From Gammaproteobacteria bacterium (GTDB taxonomy: Bacteria; Pseudomonadota; Gammaproteobacteria; UBA4575), in contig CBDCTA010000014.1 of the NCBI GenBank assembly GCA_965221955.1, positions 8,342-72,341 of the forward strand: a stretch of DNA of 64,000 nucleotides, written 5' to 3'. Below, one piece after another: positions 33,559 to 44,267 of this stretch; position 1 is the first letter of the stretch, and each line of letters starts with the position of its first letter. Both the position numbers and the translations under genes were made by a program. The notes under the pieces are model-generated. The model was not told the DNA's origin. It was given only the letters and a program-made list of their open reading frames with translations, and ran no database searches.

Positions 33559-34477
33559 ATGAGTTGGTTAGAGAAATTAATGCCTTCGCGTATCCGCACA
33601 GAAGGCACGAGTAAGCGCAAAGTTCCAGAAGGCTTGTGGGATAAATGCCTAAGCTGTGGTGCAGCTTTATATCGTCCCGACCTAGAGCGAAATTTACAAG
33701 TCTGTCCTAAATGCAATCACCATATGCGTATTGGCGCACGTGTTAGACTTTTAGCATTGCTAGATGAAAATAATTTAGAAGAGATTGCTGAGAATATTGA
33801 ATCTCAAGATTTTCTAAAATTCAAAGATAGCAAGAAATATAAAGATCGCTTAACCGCAGCGCAAAAGGCCACTGATGAAAAAGAGGCTTTAGTCGCATTC
33901 AAAGGTAGTATAAAAGATTTACCACTTGTAGCAGCAGCTTTTGATTTTAATTACATGGCGGGAACCATGGGTTCTGTTGTAGGAGAAAAGTTTTTGCGTG
34001 CAGCACAAGTTGCCGTAAGTGAACAAATACCAATGGTATGTTTTTCGACTAGTGGTGGAGCGCGTATGCAAGAGGCGCTGATGTCGCTTTTCCAAATGAG
34101 TAAAACAAGTGCAATATTAGAGCGTATGCGTGAACAAGGTTTGCCTTATATCTCTAGTACTTACAGACCCAACTACTGGGGGGGTTTCTGCAAGCTTAGC
34201 GATGTTAGGTGATCTAAATATTGCTGAGCCAAATGCCCTGATTGGTTTTGCAGGGCCTAGAGTAATTCAACAGACTGTACGAGAAACCTTACCTGAAGGC
34301 TTCCAAAGAAGTGAATTTTTGCTTGAGCATGGCGCACTCGATATGATTGTCGATCGGAAAGATATGCGAGATCAGCTGCACGAGTTACTCAGCATACTTA
34401 CACATGTAGAAATTACGCAACAAGATACATCGATAGAACAAAGAAATTCTGACACACAAGATCAGAGTGAAAATTAA
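33559..34477 (+). CDS. accD: Acetyl-CoA carboxylase carboxyltransferase beta subunit, split by one extra base near 34156
   Basis: N-terminal zinc finger and SGGARMQE in the first frame; [13 protein letters not shown] and GFAGPRVI in the next frame. Confidence 0.92.
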
Positions 34478-34629
34478 AACTATAAAAATAATAATAAAAT
34501 TTTAGTTATAAACGCTTTATAACTATTTAACTACCACTGCAATCCATATTTAATTCTTTATTTATATTGAGATTTAAATATCTCTGAAAATATTTATTAG
34601 GATTGCTTTGTTTTTCTATAGCAACTGTT

Positions 34630-35895
34630 ATGAGATTTAAACGTTTACAAGAATGGTTAGATTGGCAACAGACATTGCATTCTCAAAAAATTGAGTTGGG
34701 TCTTGAGCGTATAGCAGAAGTTGCGAATAGCATGGGGGTTATTCAACCCGAATATAAAACGATCGTTGTTGCGGGTACGAACGGTAAAGGATCTATCGTT
34801 TCTATTTTAGAGTCTATTTACCATCATGCAGGTTATCGTGTTGGTGGTTATACCTCTCCACATTTACTGCGTTACAACGAGCGCATACGAATTCGACAAC
34901 ATAATGTCGATGATGAAGCTTTGTGTAATGCCTTTGATAAAGTAGATCGTGCTCGAGGAGATACTAGTCTTAGTTATTTCGAATTTGGAACGCTTGCGGC
35001 CATGCAAATATTTAGTGAATCAGATTTAGATGTTGCGATTTATGAAGTAGGGCTAGGTGGGCGCCTTGATGCAGTGAATATACTCGATTCAGATTTAGCA
35101 TTTGTTTCGAGTATAGGCATTGATCACGTGCAGTGGCTGGGCTCTACACGAGAATCTATCGCTTATGAAAAAGCAGGTGTGTTTCGAGCGGAGCATTGTG
35201 CAGTATGCGGTGATCTTGATCCTCCTGATAGTCTGATAAATTATGCAACTGAATTGGGTACAGAGTTATTGTTAGTTAATAAAGACTTCTCATACCAAAA
35301 GCATGACGACGACTCATGGTCATTTAACAGTGAAAAAGTAATTTGGGAAAACCTGCCTATGCCAAATTTGCACGGTGATGTGCAACTTGGAAATACTGCG
35401 ACTGCGTTAATGGGAGTGGCCTGTATAGATGAAATATTACCTGTAACCCGTGAAAGTATAGACCGAGGTTTAGTTAACATCAGTTTGCCGGGTCGCTTTC
35501 AGCGCATTCAAGGCCCGTGCGAAATCATTCTAGATGTTGCGCACAATTTAGATAGTGCGGAAGTATTAGTAAAGAATCTTCAGGAATTACCCCCAGCAAA
35601 GAAAACCATTGCAGTATTTGCGGTGTTAGCAGATAAAGATATATGCGGCATTATAGAGTGTGTAGCAGGTGTTTTTGATGAGTGGCATATTTCACAATTA
35701 AAATCTGAACGAACCTTAGATAAGGAAAGCTTAAAAAAACAGTTAGGTGATAATTGTCCTGATTGTGTGATCTATTCTCATGACACCATATCTGAGGCCT
35801 ATGACGCAGCTAAAAAAGATGTTGATAAGTCCATGCGCATAGTAGTATTTGGCTCATTTTTAACAGTAGCAGAAGTGCTAAGCCAAGAAGTATAA
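34630..35895 (+). CDS. folC: Folylpolyglutamate/dihydrofolate synthase
   Basis: AGTNGKGS, YTSPHL, EVGLGGRLDAVN, DVAHN. Confidence 0.96.
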   Translation: MRFKRLQEWLDWQQTLHSQKIELGLERIAEVANSMGVIQPEYKTIVVAGTNGKGSIVSILESIYHHAGYRVGGYTSPHLLRYNERIRIRQHNVDDEALCNAFDKVDRARGDTSLSYFEFGTLAAMQIFSESDLDVAIYEVGLGGRLDAVNILDSDLAFVSSIGIDHVQWLGSTRESIAYEKAGVFRAEHCAVCGDLDPPDSLINYATELGTELLLVNKDFSYQKHDDDSWSFNSEKVIWENLPMPNLHGDVQLGNTATALMGVACIDEILPVTRESIDRGLVNISLPGRFQRIQGPCEIILDVAHNLDSAEVLVKNLQELPPAKKTIAVFAVLADKDICGIIECVAGVFDEWHISQLKSERTLDKESLKKQLGDNCPDCVIYSHDTISEAYDAAKKDVDKSMRIVVFGSFLTVAEVLSQEV

Positions 35896-35994
35896 TTTCG
35901 ATATTACATAAATATGGGCCGTTAAAAGTGCAAGCTTATAAAACTGATGATGAGTACAGTGGTCTAAGCTTCTCCAATACTTAAGATAACTTTT

Positions 35995-36609
35995 ATGGAA
36001 ACTACTTTAAAACAACGTTTGATTGGTGCAGTGGTGATCATTGCATTGGCGGTGATATTCGTGCCAATGATATTAGATGGTTCAGGTCGTGATGAGTCCG
36101 TAGCACTAAATATGGAAGTTCCACCCGAGCCAACCTTTACTTTTGAGAGTGAATTGCCCGACCCTAAAAAATTAGATGAACTGCCGCCAATAGAAAAATC
36201 TCCAGAACAATCTATAAAAACAAAAGCTTCTGAAGAAACGGCTTCTAAAACTGTAGAAAAACAGCCTAAAGAAGAAAATACAGCAACAGAAAAGCAGCCA
36301 GAAAAACAAGTTGCTACAAGTAGTCAGGTTGTTGATGCAACAGAAAATCATATTGAGACCAATCCCGCATTAGCCGCATGGGCGGTTCAAGTTGCGGCTT
36401 TTGGTGAAAAAGATAAGGCAATTGCTTTACAAGACAAGCTATTAGCAAGCAATTTATCTGCTTTTACTGAACAGTCTGGTAAAGGCAACAAAATGATTTA
36501 TCGAGTAAAAGTTGGCCCTGAGCTGAAGCGTGAAAACGCCGAGAAATTACGTGATAAGATTGAAAAAGAGCATGGGCTGAAAGGTAGTTTTGTTACTAAT
36601 CATCCTTAA
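35995..36609 (+). CDS. dedD: SPOR-domain cell division protein DedD
   Basis: LKQRLIGAVV TM anchor; WAVQVAAF..YRVKVGP SPOR domain; folC-dedD-cvpA-purF synteny. Confidence 0.88.
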   Translation: METTLKQRLIGAVVIIALAVIFVPMILDGSGRDESVALNMEVPPEPTFTFESELPDPKKLDELPPIEKSPEQSIKTKASEETASKTVEKQPKEENTATEKQPEKQVATSSQVVDATENHIETNPALAAWAVQVAAFGEKDKAIALQDKLLASNLSAFTEQSGKGNKMIYRVKVGPELKRENAEKLRDKIEKEHGLKGSFVTNHP

Positions 36610-36672
36610 CTTAATAAGTAATGCTAAGGTTAGTTTCCGCATTACTCAGTAAACTCGAGTATAAAGACAGTT

Positions 36673-37239
36673 ATGGAATTATCTTGGATTGATATAGGGA
36701 TTATTATCATTCTGTTGATTTCAATCGCTATAGCAATTTTTCGTGGTTTTGTGAAAGAAGCCGTTTCGCTTGCAAGCTGGATTGCTGCAATTTGGTTAGC
36801 CATGACCTTTTCACATCAAGTGGCGTTATTTTTGCCCACAAGTATTGATGAAGCCTCTATCAGCTTGTCTCAGGCAGATGTCGAAGTAAGTAAATTGCGT
36901 GTAGGCATTGCTTTTGTGCTTATTATCATTGGTACTTTAATAGCGGGTGCTCTACTTAATTATATTCTTAGCCATATCACTAAAAATCGTGCGCTACGAG
37001 GAATTGATCGACTCTTAGGTGGATTTTTTGGTTTTTTCCGTGGTACAGCAATTATCGTTCTACTTATTTTAGCGGCCTCTTACACAAATTTTCCGTTATC
37101 TGAAACTTGGAAGTCATCTCAGATTCTTCCTCCATTTGAATTATTGGCGAAAAAAGCAATTGAAATTATGCCATCTGAATTTTCAAAATATTTCTCACTA
37201 GGTGAGCCTGATTTGCAAGCTTCCCATTATCATTTTTAA
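36673..37239 (+). CDS. cvpA: CvpA family membrane protein
   Basis: [19 protein letters not shown]; upstream of purF. Confidence 0.93.
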   Translation: MELSWIDIGIIIILLISIAIAIFRGFVKEAVSLASWIAAIWLAMTFSHQVALFLPTSIDEASISLSQADVEVSKLRVGIAFVLIIIGTLIAGALLNYILSHITKNRALRGIDRLLGGFFGFFRGTAIIVLLILAASYTNFPLSETWKSSQILPPFELLAKKAIEIMPSEFSKYFSLGEPDLQASHYHF

Positions 37240-37256
37240 AATTATTGAGTCATAGT

Positions 37257-38762
37257 ATGTGTGGAATAGTAGGAATCGTTGCGAATAGCGCGGTTAATCA
37301 AGACTTATACAACGCATTGCTGATGTTGCAGCACCGAGGACAAGATGCTGCAGGTATAGTGACCTACGATAATGGCAGGTTGTTCCAGCGAAAAACGATA
37401 GGGTTAGTGAGTGACGTATTTCAAAGTCGTCACATGGAGCGTCTAAAGGGAAATATGGGGATTGGTCATGTGCGTTATCCAACTGCGGGAACTTCATCTT
37501 CAGCAGAGGCGCAACCTTTTTATGTAAATTCACCTTTCGGAATTTCACTAGGACATAACGGTAATTTGATTAATGCCAAGCAGCTTAAAAAAGAGCTTTT
37601 CTTAGAAGATCGGCGTCATCTCAATACGGAATCAGACTCTGAAATTCTATTAAACGTCTTTGCGCATGAGTTAGCTAAGCAAGAATCTTTGCAATTACGT
37701 CCTGAAGATGTTTTTGAAGCCGTGCGAGGTGTGCACCGGCGTTGTAAGGGCGCTTATGCGGTGGTTGCCATGCTTACAGGTAGAGGCATTGTGGCATTTA
37801 GAGACCCAAATGGAATTCGTCCATTAGTATACGGTGTGCGAGAGTCCAAATATGGCATGGAGTATATTGTGGCATCTGAAAGTGTTGCATTAGATGTTTT
37901 GGGCTATAGTTTGGTTCGCGATATTTCACCAGGTGAAGCCATTTTTATTAATGAAAATGGAAAAATTTCTAGCCAACAATGTGCAACAGATGCTGTACAT
38001 ACACCTTGTATTTTTGAGTATGTATATTTTGCAAGGCCTGACTCAGTTATCGAAGATGTATTTGTACAAAAAGCACGTATGCGCATGGGCCAATGTTTGG
38101 CGAAAAAAATTCTGCAAGAATGGAAGGAGCATGATATTGATGTTGTCATGCCGATTCCGGATACGAGTCGCACGACTGCAATTGAAATCGCTTATCTCTT
38201 AGGCGTGAAGTATCGTGAAGGCTTTATCAAAAACCGTTATATTGCCCGAACTTTCATCATGCCCGGGCAAAAGAAACGCAAAAAATCTGTACGCCAAAAG
38301 CTTAACCCTGTAGGTCTAGAATTTCGGGATAAAAATATTCTACTCGTAGATGATTCTATTGTACGTGGTACGACTTCACGTGAAATTGCGCAGATGGCAA
38401 GAGATGCAGGTGCCAGAAAAGTTTACTTTGCTTCTGCTTCGCCACCGGTTCGTTATCAAAATATTTACGGCATCGATATGCCTGCACGTAGTGAGTTTAT
38501 TGCACATAATCGTAGTGTTGATGAAATATGCAAAGAAATTCAAGCTGACGGTTTAATTTATCAAGATTTGAATGATCTAATCTGGTCTGTGCAACAGGGT
38601 AATTTGCGTTTAGAAAGATTTGATACTTCTGTGTTTAATGGTAATTATGTTACTGGCGTTGAGGAAGGTTATTTTGAAAGTCTTGAAAACTCACGCAATG
38701 ATCAATCGAAGCAAGAACGCGAAAGAGAATATGCAGGGATTGATTTACATAATAGTAATTAA
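37257..38762 (+). CDS. purF: Amidophosphoribosyltransferase
   Basis: [26 protein letters not shown]. Confidence 0.98.
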   Translation: MCGIVGIVANSAVNQDLYNALLMLQHRGQDAAGIVTYDNGRLFQRKTIGLVSDVFQSRHMERLKGNMGIGHVRYPTAGTSSSAEAQPFYVNSPFGISLGHNGNLINAKQLKKELFLEDRRHLNTESDSEILLNVFAHELAKQESLQLRPEDVFEAVRGVHRRCKGAYAVVAMLTGRGIVAFRDPNGIRPLVYGVRESKYGMEYIVASESVALDVLGYSLVRDISPGEAIFINENGKISSQQCATDAVHTPCIFEYVYFARPDSVIEDVFVQKARMRMGQCLAKKILQEWKEHDIDVVMPIPDTSRTTAIEIAYLLGVKYREGFIKNRYIARTFIMPGQKKRKKSVRQKLNPVGLEFRDKNILLVDDSIVRGTTSREIAQMARDAGARKVYFASASPPVRYQNIYGIDMPARSEFIAHNRSVDEICKEIQADGLIYQDLNDLIWSVQQGNLRLERFDTSVFNGNYVTGVEEGYFESLENSRNDQSKQEREREYAGIDLHNSN

Positions 38763-38763
38763 T

Positions 38764-38889
38764 TCAGGAAGCTCTGATTTACCCCAATACATCGTTAACA
38801 TATGATCTCAATTTCATTCATGTATAAATACATACACTCGCTCATTTCGCCATATTTTGCCTCGTCTTAAAATAAATCAGATCTTCTGA
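38764..38889. repeat. About 125 bp palindromic MITE-like element, copy 2
   Basis: Terminal IR TCAGGAAGCTCTGATTTA / TAAATCAGATCTTCTGA; shares TCGTTAA, TCATGTATA, ATACACT and ATATTTTGCCTC blocks with 17217-17341. Confidence 0.7.
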
Positions 38890-38897
38890 GACTTAAA

Positions 38898-39479
38898 ATG
38901 GTTTTTGGGTCTAACGAAAAAACAGCTGAAAAGCTGTTGCCAGTTTTACAGCAAGCCTGTGAACAATATCCACAACATGCAGAATACCCTGCTGCAATCG
39001 TTAAAGTGGGTGAACAAGCGCTTTATTTATTCATTGATAATAAATATTTTACAAAATATTCTGTCTCGACATCACGGCACGGTGTGGGTCAACTAGAAGG
39101 GTCTTATCAAACACCTTTAGGGGTGCACTGCGTTAAAGAAAAAATCGGTGCATCGGCAAATCTTGGTGAAATTTTTGTATCACGAGAACCTTGTAAGAGT
39201 ATTGCGGTCATTGAGCACGATGCAGTTTGCACTGAAAAAGAGTGTATTACTTCACGCATTTTATGGTTATCAGGTCTAGAGCAAGGTTTCAACAAAGGGC
39301 TAAATACTGAAGGTAAGTGTGTAGATAGTCATGATCGTTTTATTTATATCCATGGTACACATGAGGAGGGATTGATTGGTCAAGCCGCTTCAATTGGCTG
39401 CGTGCGCATGAAAAATAAAGATGTCATAGATCTTTTTGATCATTTACAGCTTTCTTCTTTAGTAATCATTGAAAACTAA
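38898..39479 (+). CDS. L,D-transpeptidase (YkuD family)
   Basis: TPLGVH, IYIHGT..ASIGCVRM. Confidence 0.88.
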   Translation: MVFGSNEKTAEKLLPVLQQACEQYPQHAEYPAAIVKVGEQALYLFIDNKYFTKYSVSTSRHGVGQLEGSYQTPLGVHCVKEKIGASANLGEIFVSREPCKSIAVIEHDAVCTEKECITSRILWLSGLEQGFNKGLNTEGKCVDSHDRFIYIHGTHEEGLIGQAASIGCVRMKNKDVIDLFDHLQLSSLVIIEN

Positions 39480-39488
39480 GGTTGAAAA

Positions 39489-40283
39489 ATGCTTCCAGTA
39501 TTTCAAACAGCGATCGATTGTTTATTGCTAAAAGATCCAAATGAAAAATGCCAAGCGGTATTTACCTTTCAACAACGACTCGACTCAGAAAATGTGGATT
39601 TAAAAAATAAAATTGATGTTGGTGCAATTTGTATTCCTGGTCGGCCTGATGTGCCAACACTTGTTGCCCCGCAAAATGTTCCACGACGTAAATTAGGTAC
39701 TGAAGAAGGTCGTATAGCGTTAATTCATGCGATTACACATATTGAGTTTAATGCCATCAACTTAGCTTTGGATGCCATGCTTCGTTTTCAAGATATGCCA
39801 CTACAGTATTATAAAGATTGGATGCAAGTAGCAGTTGAGGAAGCGCAGCATTTCACAATGTTACGCAAACGCTTACAGAAACTTGGTTGTGATTATGGAG
39901 ACTTTGATGCACATAATGGTTTGTGGGAAATGGCCATGAAAACCCGTGATAATGTAATTGCGAGAATGGCGCTTGTTCCTCGTGTATTAGAAGCGAGAGG
40001 CTTAGATGTTACTCCCAATATGATGAAGCGTTTAGAAAGCCATGGCGATGATGAAACGGTAGAAATTCTAAAAATTATCTTTGAGCAAGAAATAGGGCAT
40101 GTAGCGATAGGCAGTCGATGGTTTAATTATGCCTGCGCACAAGAAAATGTAGAGCCAGAAAAAACATTTCAGCGTTTACTCAATGAATATATGTCTGGCG
40201 AATTACGAGGCCCTTTCGAATTAGAGGCTCGCAAAAAAGCGGGATTTAGTAATGCTGAGTTAGAAGCTTTACGGAGTGTATAA
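39489..40283 (+). CDS. Ferritin-like DUF455 family protein
   Basis: HAITHIEFNAINLA, EEAQHF, LEARGLD, EIGHV. Confidence 0.88.
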   Translation: MLPVFQTAIDCLLLKDPNEKCQAVFTFQQRLDSENVDLKNKIDVGAICIPGRPDVPTLVAPQNVPRRKLGTEEGRIALIHAITHIEFNAINLALDAMLRFQDMPLQYYKDWMQVAVEEAQHFTMLRKRLQKLGCDYGDFDAHNGLWEMAMKTRDNVIARMALVPRVLEARGLDVTPNMMKRLESHGDDETVEILKIIFEQEIGHVAIGSRWFNYACAQENVEPEKTFQRLLNEYMSGELRGPFELEARKKAGFSNAELEALRSV

Positions 40284-40467
40284 GTATTCTGGTCAATTAG
40301 AAACTATCATTTTACTCAAAAAGGTTTAAGTATAAGAAGACAAATGAAAATACCTGCAAGGCTGGGATTAAAGAGTTAACTTATGGTCTGAATGGCATAG
40401 GTTAAATAAACTCTGACAACTTACACACCATATAGGTTAAGGTTTTCTCTATCGAGGCTAAGTATTG

Positions 40468-41190
40468 TTAGACACTGATTGTCTCAAGGTGCAAATTCTC
40501 TGGGGTGCAGATCAGCACACTTCCTCGCTCATACCAGTCTCCAAGTACAATTCTCTTATATTTAGCGCCATTGAGTGTGAATTCATGTTCGCCAGGACGA
40601 TGGGTATGGCCATGAATTAAGCAGTCGACATTGTGTTTTTGCATCGTGTTTTCAACCGTCTGTTGATTCACGTCCATGATCTCTTCGGGTTTTTCTTGGG
40701 TCGCTGATTTGCTCTTATTGCGTAACCGTTCAGCAATTTTTAAGCGTTGTTTAACGCTTAACATCGATAAAGTTTTTTTTATAAATGGGTTGCGTGCTTT
40801 GGTGCGGTATTTTTGGTAAGCAATGTCATCGGTGCAAAGTGTGTCACCATGCATGATTAAAGTAGGCGTGCCATAGAGATCAATAACGGTTTCCTCTTGC
40901 AGAATTTTGCAATGTGTCTGTTTAGAAAAGCGTTTACCAATTAAAAAGTCACGGTTGCCATGGATGAAATAAACTGGTGTACCGGTTTCACTGAATTTTT
41001 GAATTGCCTCGATCGCAAGTTCTAAACCAACTGCAGGGTCGTCATCACCAATCCAGTATTCAAACAGATCGCCTAAAATATACAGTGCATCGACATTAGA
41101 ATTGTCTTGTAAGAAACGACAAAAGGCCGCAACGATGTGCGGCCTTTTTTGATCAAGATGTAAATCCGAGATAAATAAAGTTTGCGCCAT
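40468..41190 (-). CDS. lpxH: UDP-2,3-diacylglucosamine diphosphatase
   Basis: FISDLHL, LGDLFEYWIGDD, GNRDF, HGD, HGHTH, LGDW. Confidence 0.96.
   Translation of the reverse strand: MAQTLFISDLHLDQKRPHIVAAFCRFLQDNSNVDALYILGDLFEYWIGDDDPAVGLELAIEAIQKFSETGTPVYFIHGNRDFLIGKRFSKQTHCKILQEETVIDLYGTPTLIMHGDTLCTDDIAYQKYRTKARNPFIKKTLSMLSVKQRLKIAERLRNKSKSATQEKPEEIMDVNQQTVENTMQKHNVDCLIHGHTHRPGEHEFTLNGAKYKRIVLGDWYERGSVLICTPENLHLETISV
41121..41150. terminator. Terminator-like hairpin inside the lpxH 5' coding region
   Basis: AAAAGGCCGCA-ACGATG-TGCGGCCTTTT, with T-tracts on both strands. Confidence 0.4.
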
Positions 41191-41216
41191 TACCTCATTA
41201 CTTATCGCGTTTAGAT

Positions 41217-41795
41217 TTACTCAACAACAGTCACTTTCTCAATGATAACCGTTTCAGATGGCACATCTTGATAAGGTCCTTTTGTAGTGGTAGGCACATC
41301 TTTGATTTTATTCACCACATCCATGCCTTCCGTTACTTTTCCAAATACCGCATAGCCCCAGCCTTGTGGAGTTTCGCTACTGAAGTTTAAGAAATCATTG
41401 TCTTTAACATTGATAAAGAACTGCGCCGTTGCAGAGTGGGGATCTCCCGTTCTGGCCATAGCGATGGAACCAACATCGTTCTTCAACCCATTATTGGCTT
41501 CATTATTAATTGGGTCATTAGTGGTTTTTTGACTCATGTCCTCAGTGAACCCGCCACCTTGGATCATGAAATTTGAGATCACTCGATGAAAAATCGTGCC
41601 ATCATAAAAACCTTCTTTTGCATAAGTTAAGAAATTTGCCACTGTGTTAGGAGCGTTTTCAGCATCGAGTTCGAGCATGATCGTCCCGTGGTTTGTGTCC
41701 ATTTTTACCATTGTAGTTTCTGCCTGAGAGTTAGTTGTAATCATGAAAAATGATATGAATACGAACAGAAGAAGTTGCTTACGCAATGATTTCAT
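41217..41795 (-). CDS. Cyclophilin-type peptidyl-prolyl isomerase with signal peptide
   Basis: [34 protein letters not shown]; ATG at 41795 preceded by GGAGG. Confidence 0.93.
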   Translation of the reverse strand: MKSLRKQLLLFVFISFFMITTNSQAETTMVKMDTNHGTIMLELDAENAPNTVANFLTYAKEGFYDGTIFHRVISNFMIQGGGFTEDMSQKTTNDPINNEANNGLKNDVGSIAMARTGDPHSATAQFFINVKDNDFLNFSSETPQGWGYAVFGKVTEGMDVVNKIKDVPTTTKGPYQDVPSETVIIEKVTVVE

Positions 41796-41948
41796 TTCGC
41801 CTCCAATATGTTTGTGGGTGTGAATAATTTCATATATTGGTCTTGAAAACCAGCCATAAAGTTCATCCAAAAATTTTGCTGGGATACGCTATATAACGGG
41901 TTTGACCACATATATAGCTTAGTAAACACGTGTGGATCATTAGTGACA

Positions 41949-41978
41949 TTGACCTAAGGAATCACTAACACGTATGAT
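41949..41978 (+). promoter_or_regulatory. Putative sigma70 promoter of tRNA-Pro
   Basis: TTGACC-18 nt-TATGAT about 40 nt upstream of the tRNA. Confidence 0.55.
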
Positions 41979-42020
41979 CCGCAATCGATCAGACCTGTTC
42001 ATGTGGGTCATATCAAACAT

Positions 42021-42097
42021 CGGGGCATAGCGCAGTCTGGTAGCGCATCTGCTTTGGGAGCAGAGGGTCGGGGGTTCGAATCCCTCTGCCCCGACCA
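42021..42097 (+). tRNA. tRNA-Pro (TGG)
   Basis: 77 nt cloverleaf, anticodon arm TCTGC-TTTGGGA-GCAGA, GGTTCGAATCC T-loop, CCA end. Confidence 0.97.
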
Positions 42098-42574
42098 ATT
42101 TTCAACACCGCTCATCGTTTAATTACAAGTATTTACTGGCAAAACTTACGCACATCTTCTTTTTTAAATCGTTGATTTCTGGAGAGTGCTCCCATGCTGC
42201 TACCAGTGTGTCCAATATGGAGAGATTGAATCTAGTGAGTTTGAATGATTTTTGATCATATGGTATAGCACAGTCTAAATATTTAAAGTCTTATTACTAC
42301 GAATAAATAAAGAATTTTATGTATACGTTGTTGCACTCTTAACTAGATTATTAATGTATTTATTCATCTGTCGCTGTAGATTGTTCGCATACACCAAATA
42401 TAGATAAAAATTACTGCAATTTGTGATTTAAGTTGAAACTAAATTTATTCATACGTTGACTAATTTTTATGAAATTGCATCGCATACCTATTATTCGATT
42501 ACTTGCATTATTACTCCTTGTAGGGCCTTTGCAGGCTAAGTAAATATTTACTTGTGGAATTATGGCTGCGACAT

Positions 42575-42907
42575 TCATCGTTTTCTAGTACGTTGCCTTG
42601 AGTTTTTATTTATTGAATGAGGTCGATTTCCATTTTCGTTAATCCAGTCCGACAAGTCTTCCAAAATATGTAAAAGTTTGGGGTCAGGTAAGCAGTAATA
42701 AATAAATGCACCACGACGCTCGGGTCGAACTAAACCTGCTTCTCGCAAGGCGCGTAGATGAAATGATACGTTAGTTTGTGACAAGCCCGTTGCTTCTACT
42801 ACATCTGAAACGGGCCGACACTCTAACCCAAGACTGTAAAGAATCCGTAATCGATTTGGCTCCCCCAGTAATTTGAATATTGGGGTTAGATGCTTGACAG
42901 TATCCAT
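42575..42907 (-). CDS. ArsR/SmtB family repressor (alternative start 42943)
   Basis: FKLLGEPNRLRIL, LSQTNVSFHLRALREAGLV, RRGAFIYY. Confidence 0.9.
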   Translation of the reverse strand: MDTVKHLTPIFKLLGEPNRLRILYSLGLECRPVSDVVEATGLSQTNVSFHLRALREAGLVRPERRGAFIYYCLPDPKLLHILEDLSDWINENGNRPHSINKNSRQRTRKR

Positions 42908-42909
42908 AG

Positions 42910-42929
42910 ATATGCGTGTAAACTCATAT
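42910..42929. promoter_or_regulatory. ArsR/SmtB-type operator
   Basis: Imperfect inverted repeat ATATGCGT-GTAA-ACTCATAT just upstream of the arsR ATG. Confidence 0.55.
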
Positions 42930-43033
42930 GTGTGGCGGCTCATGTATTTGATACATTATGATGTTAACGAAAAACCGTCAATACATCACTTATTCAAATT
43001 AGCTATCTTATTCAAATTGAGGAGGAGTTAATA

Positions 43034-44245
43034 ATGAAAAAGATATTCGTCAATTTACAGTACTTAGTATTACCAGTCTCACTTGTATTGACATTATTTG
43101 GTGTTGTAATCGGTGGACTTTGGGTTTGGACAGGACTGGCATTGCTTGTAGTAGCAATTGTTACCGATACGCTAGTAACTTCTCATACACAAGGGACAGG
43201 CTATGATAGTAATGGGAAGTCGTTAGCAAGCCCGATATTTCTTAATACTCTTTTGTATGGGGCTGTACCCCTCAACATAATGCTTTTTATCGCTGTTGCC
43301 TGGCGAGTGAATGAATACGCAACAGGTGTTCCAATAAATATTATTGAAGTCGGCGGCCTTACCATTCAACAAGGTACTACTGGGTTAGAACTTAACGGTG
43401 CAATGATGTCCGTAGCAGTTTGGTTGGGATTGACGATCAGTATTTGGCATGAGATTGGACATCGAGGTGGGGTTAGTTTCGTTATTGCTCGCTGGATGAT
43501 GGCATTTGTAGGGTCTGCTCATTTTCCATATGCACATATCTACGATCATCATCTAAGCCTTGGTTTAGAACGTGATCCAGCAACACCACCAAGAGGACGA
43601 AATGTGTTTACACATTTTATTCTTTCTTACTATGGGCAATGTAAATATCTTTTCAAATTTGAAAAAGATCGCCTTACCAAACTTAATAAGTCCTATATTT
43701 CATTGCAAAATGCTTGGATTCGTGGGTGGTTGATGTGCGTGCCGGTGATCGCTCTATTTTGGTTTGCAGGAGGATGGATAGGACTTGGTGTGCTGCTTTA
43801 CCTTTGGGTAATTCCAAACTTTGAATTGGAAGCGTTGAATTATCTTGAACATTATGGATTGATCCGTGAAGAAGGAAAACCGTATGGCCCAAGACATTCA
43901 TGGTGTACTACAACCGCTTTTTCAGACATGCTGTTTTTTGAAATCGGACGACATTCAGACCATCATGAACGTGGAGAAATAGAGTTTTGGAATTTGAAAA
44001 GCTTGGGCGCACCTAACATGGGAAAAGGCTATCTTCCCATGTTTGTATTGGCATTGATTCCTCCCTTGTGGCATCGATACATGAAACACGTATTGGCGGA
44101 ATGGGATGAAAAGTACGCAACAGATGGAGAGCGACAAATTGCGAAAAAAATAAATAAACAAATAGGCTATGAACTTGATCCATCCGAACGAAAGCATGAT
44201 CGAGTTTATTTAATTGACGATACGAGGGGATTAGCTGGTGCGTAA
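43034..44245 (+). CDS. AlkB/XylM-type membrane di-iron monooxygenase (hydroxylase subunit)
   Basis: His boxes HEIGH, HIYDHH, NYLEHYGL, RHSDHH; DPATPPRG; ALIPPLW; strong GAGGAG RBS. Confidence 0.88.
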   Translation: MKKIFVNLQYLVLPVSLVLTLFGVVIGGLWVWTGLALLVVAIVTDTLVTSHTQGTGYDSNGKSLASPIFLNTLLYGAVPLNIMLFIAVAWRVNEYATGVPINIIEVGGLTIQQGTTGLELNGAMMSVAVWLGLTISIWHEIGHRGGVSFVIARWMMAFVGSAHFPYAHIYDHHLSLGLERDPATPPRGRNVFTHFILSYYGQCKYLFKFEKDRLTKLNKSYISLQNAWIRGWLMCVPVIALFWFAGGWIGLGVLLYLWVIPNFELEALNYLEHYGLIREEGKPYGPRHSWCTTTAFSDMLFFEIGRHSDHHERGEIEFWNLKSLGAPNMGKGYLPMFVLALIPPLWHRYMKHVLAEWDEKYATDGERQIAKKINKQIGYELDPSERKHDRVYLIDDTRGLAGA

Positions 44246-44267
44246 TCACATATTTTTTGGCACATAA

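Noticed and set aside
34140-34212. Programmed frameshift in accD
   Set aside because: No slippery sequence at the break; the G7 run lies downstream of where homology switches frame
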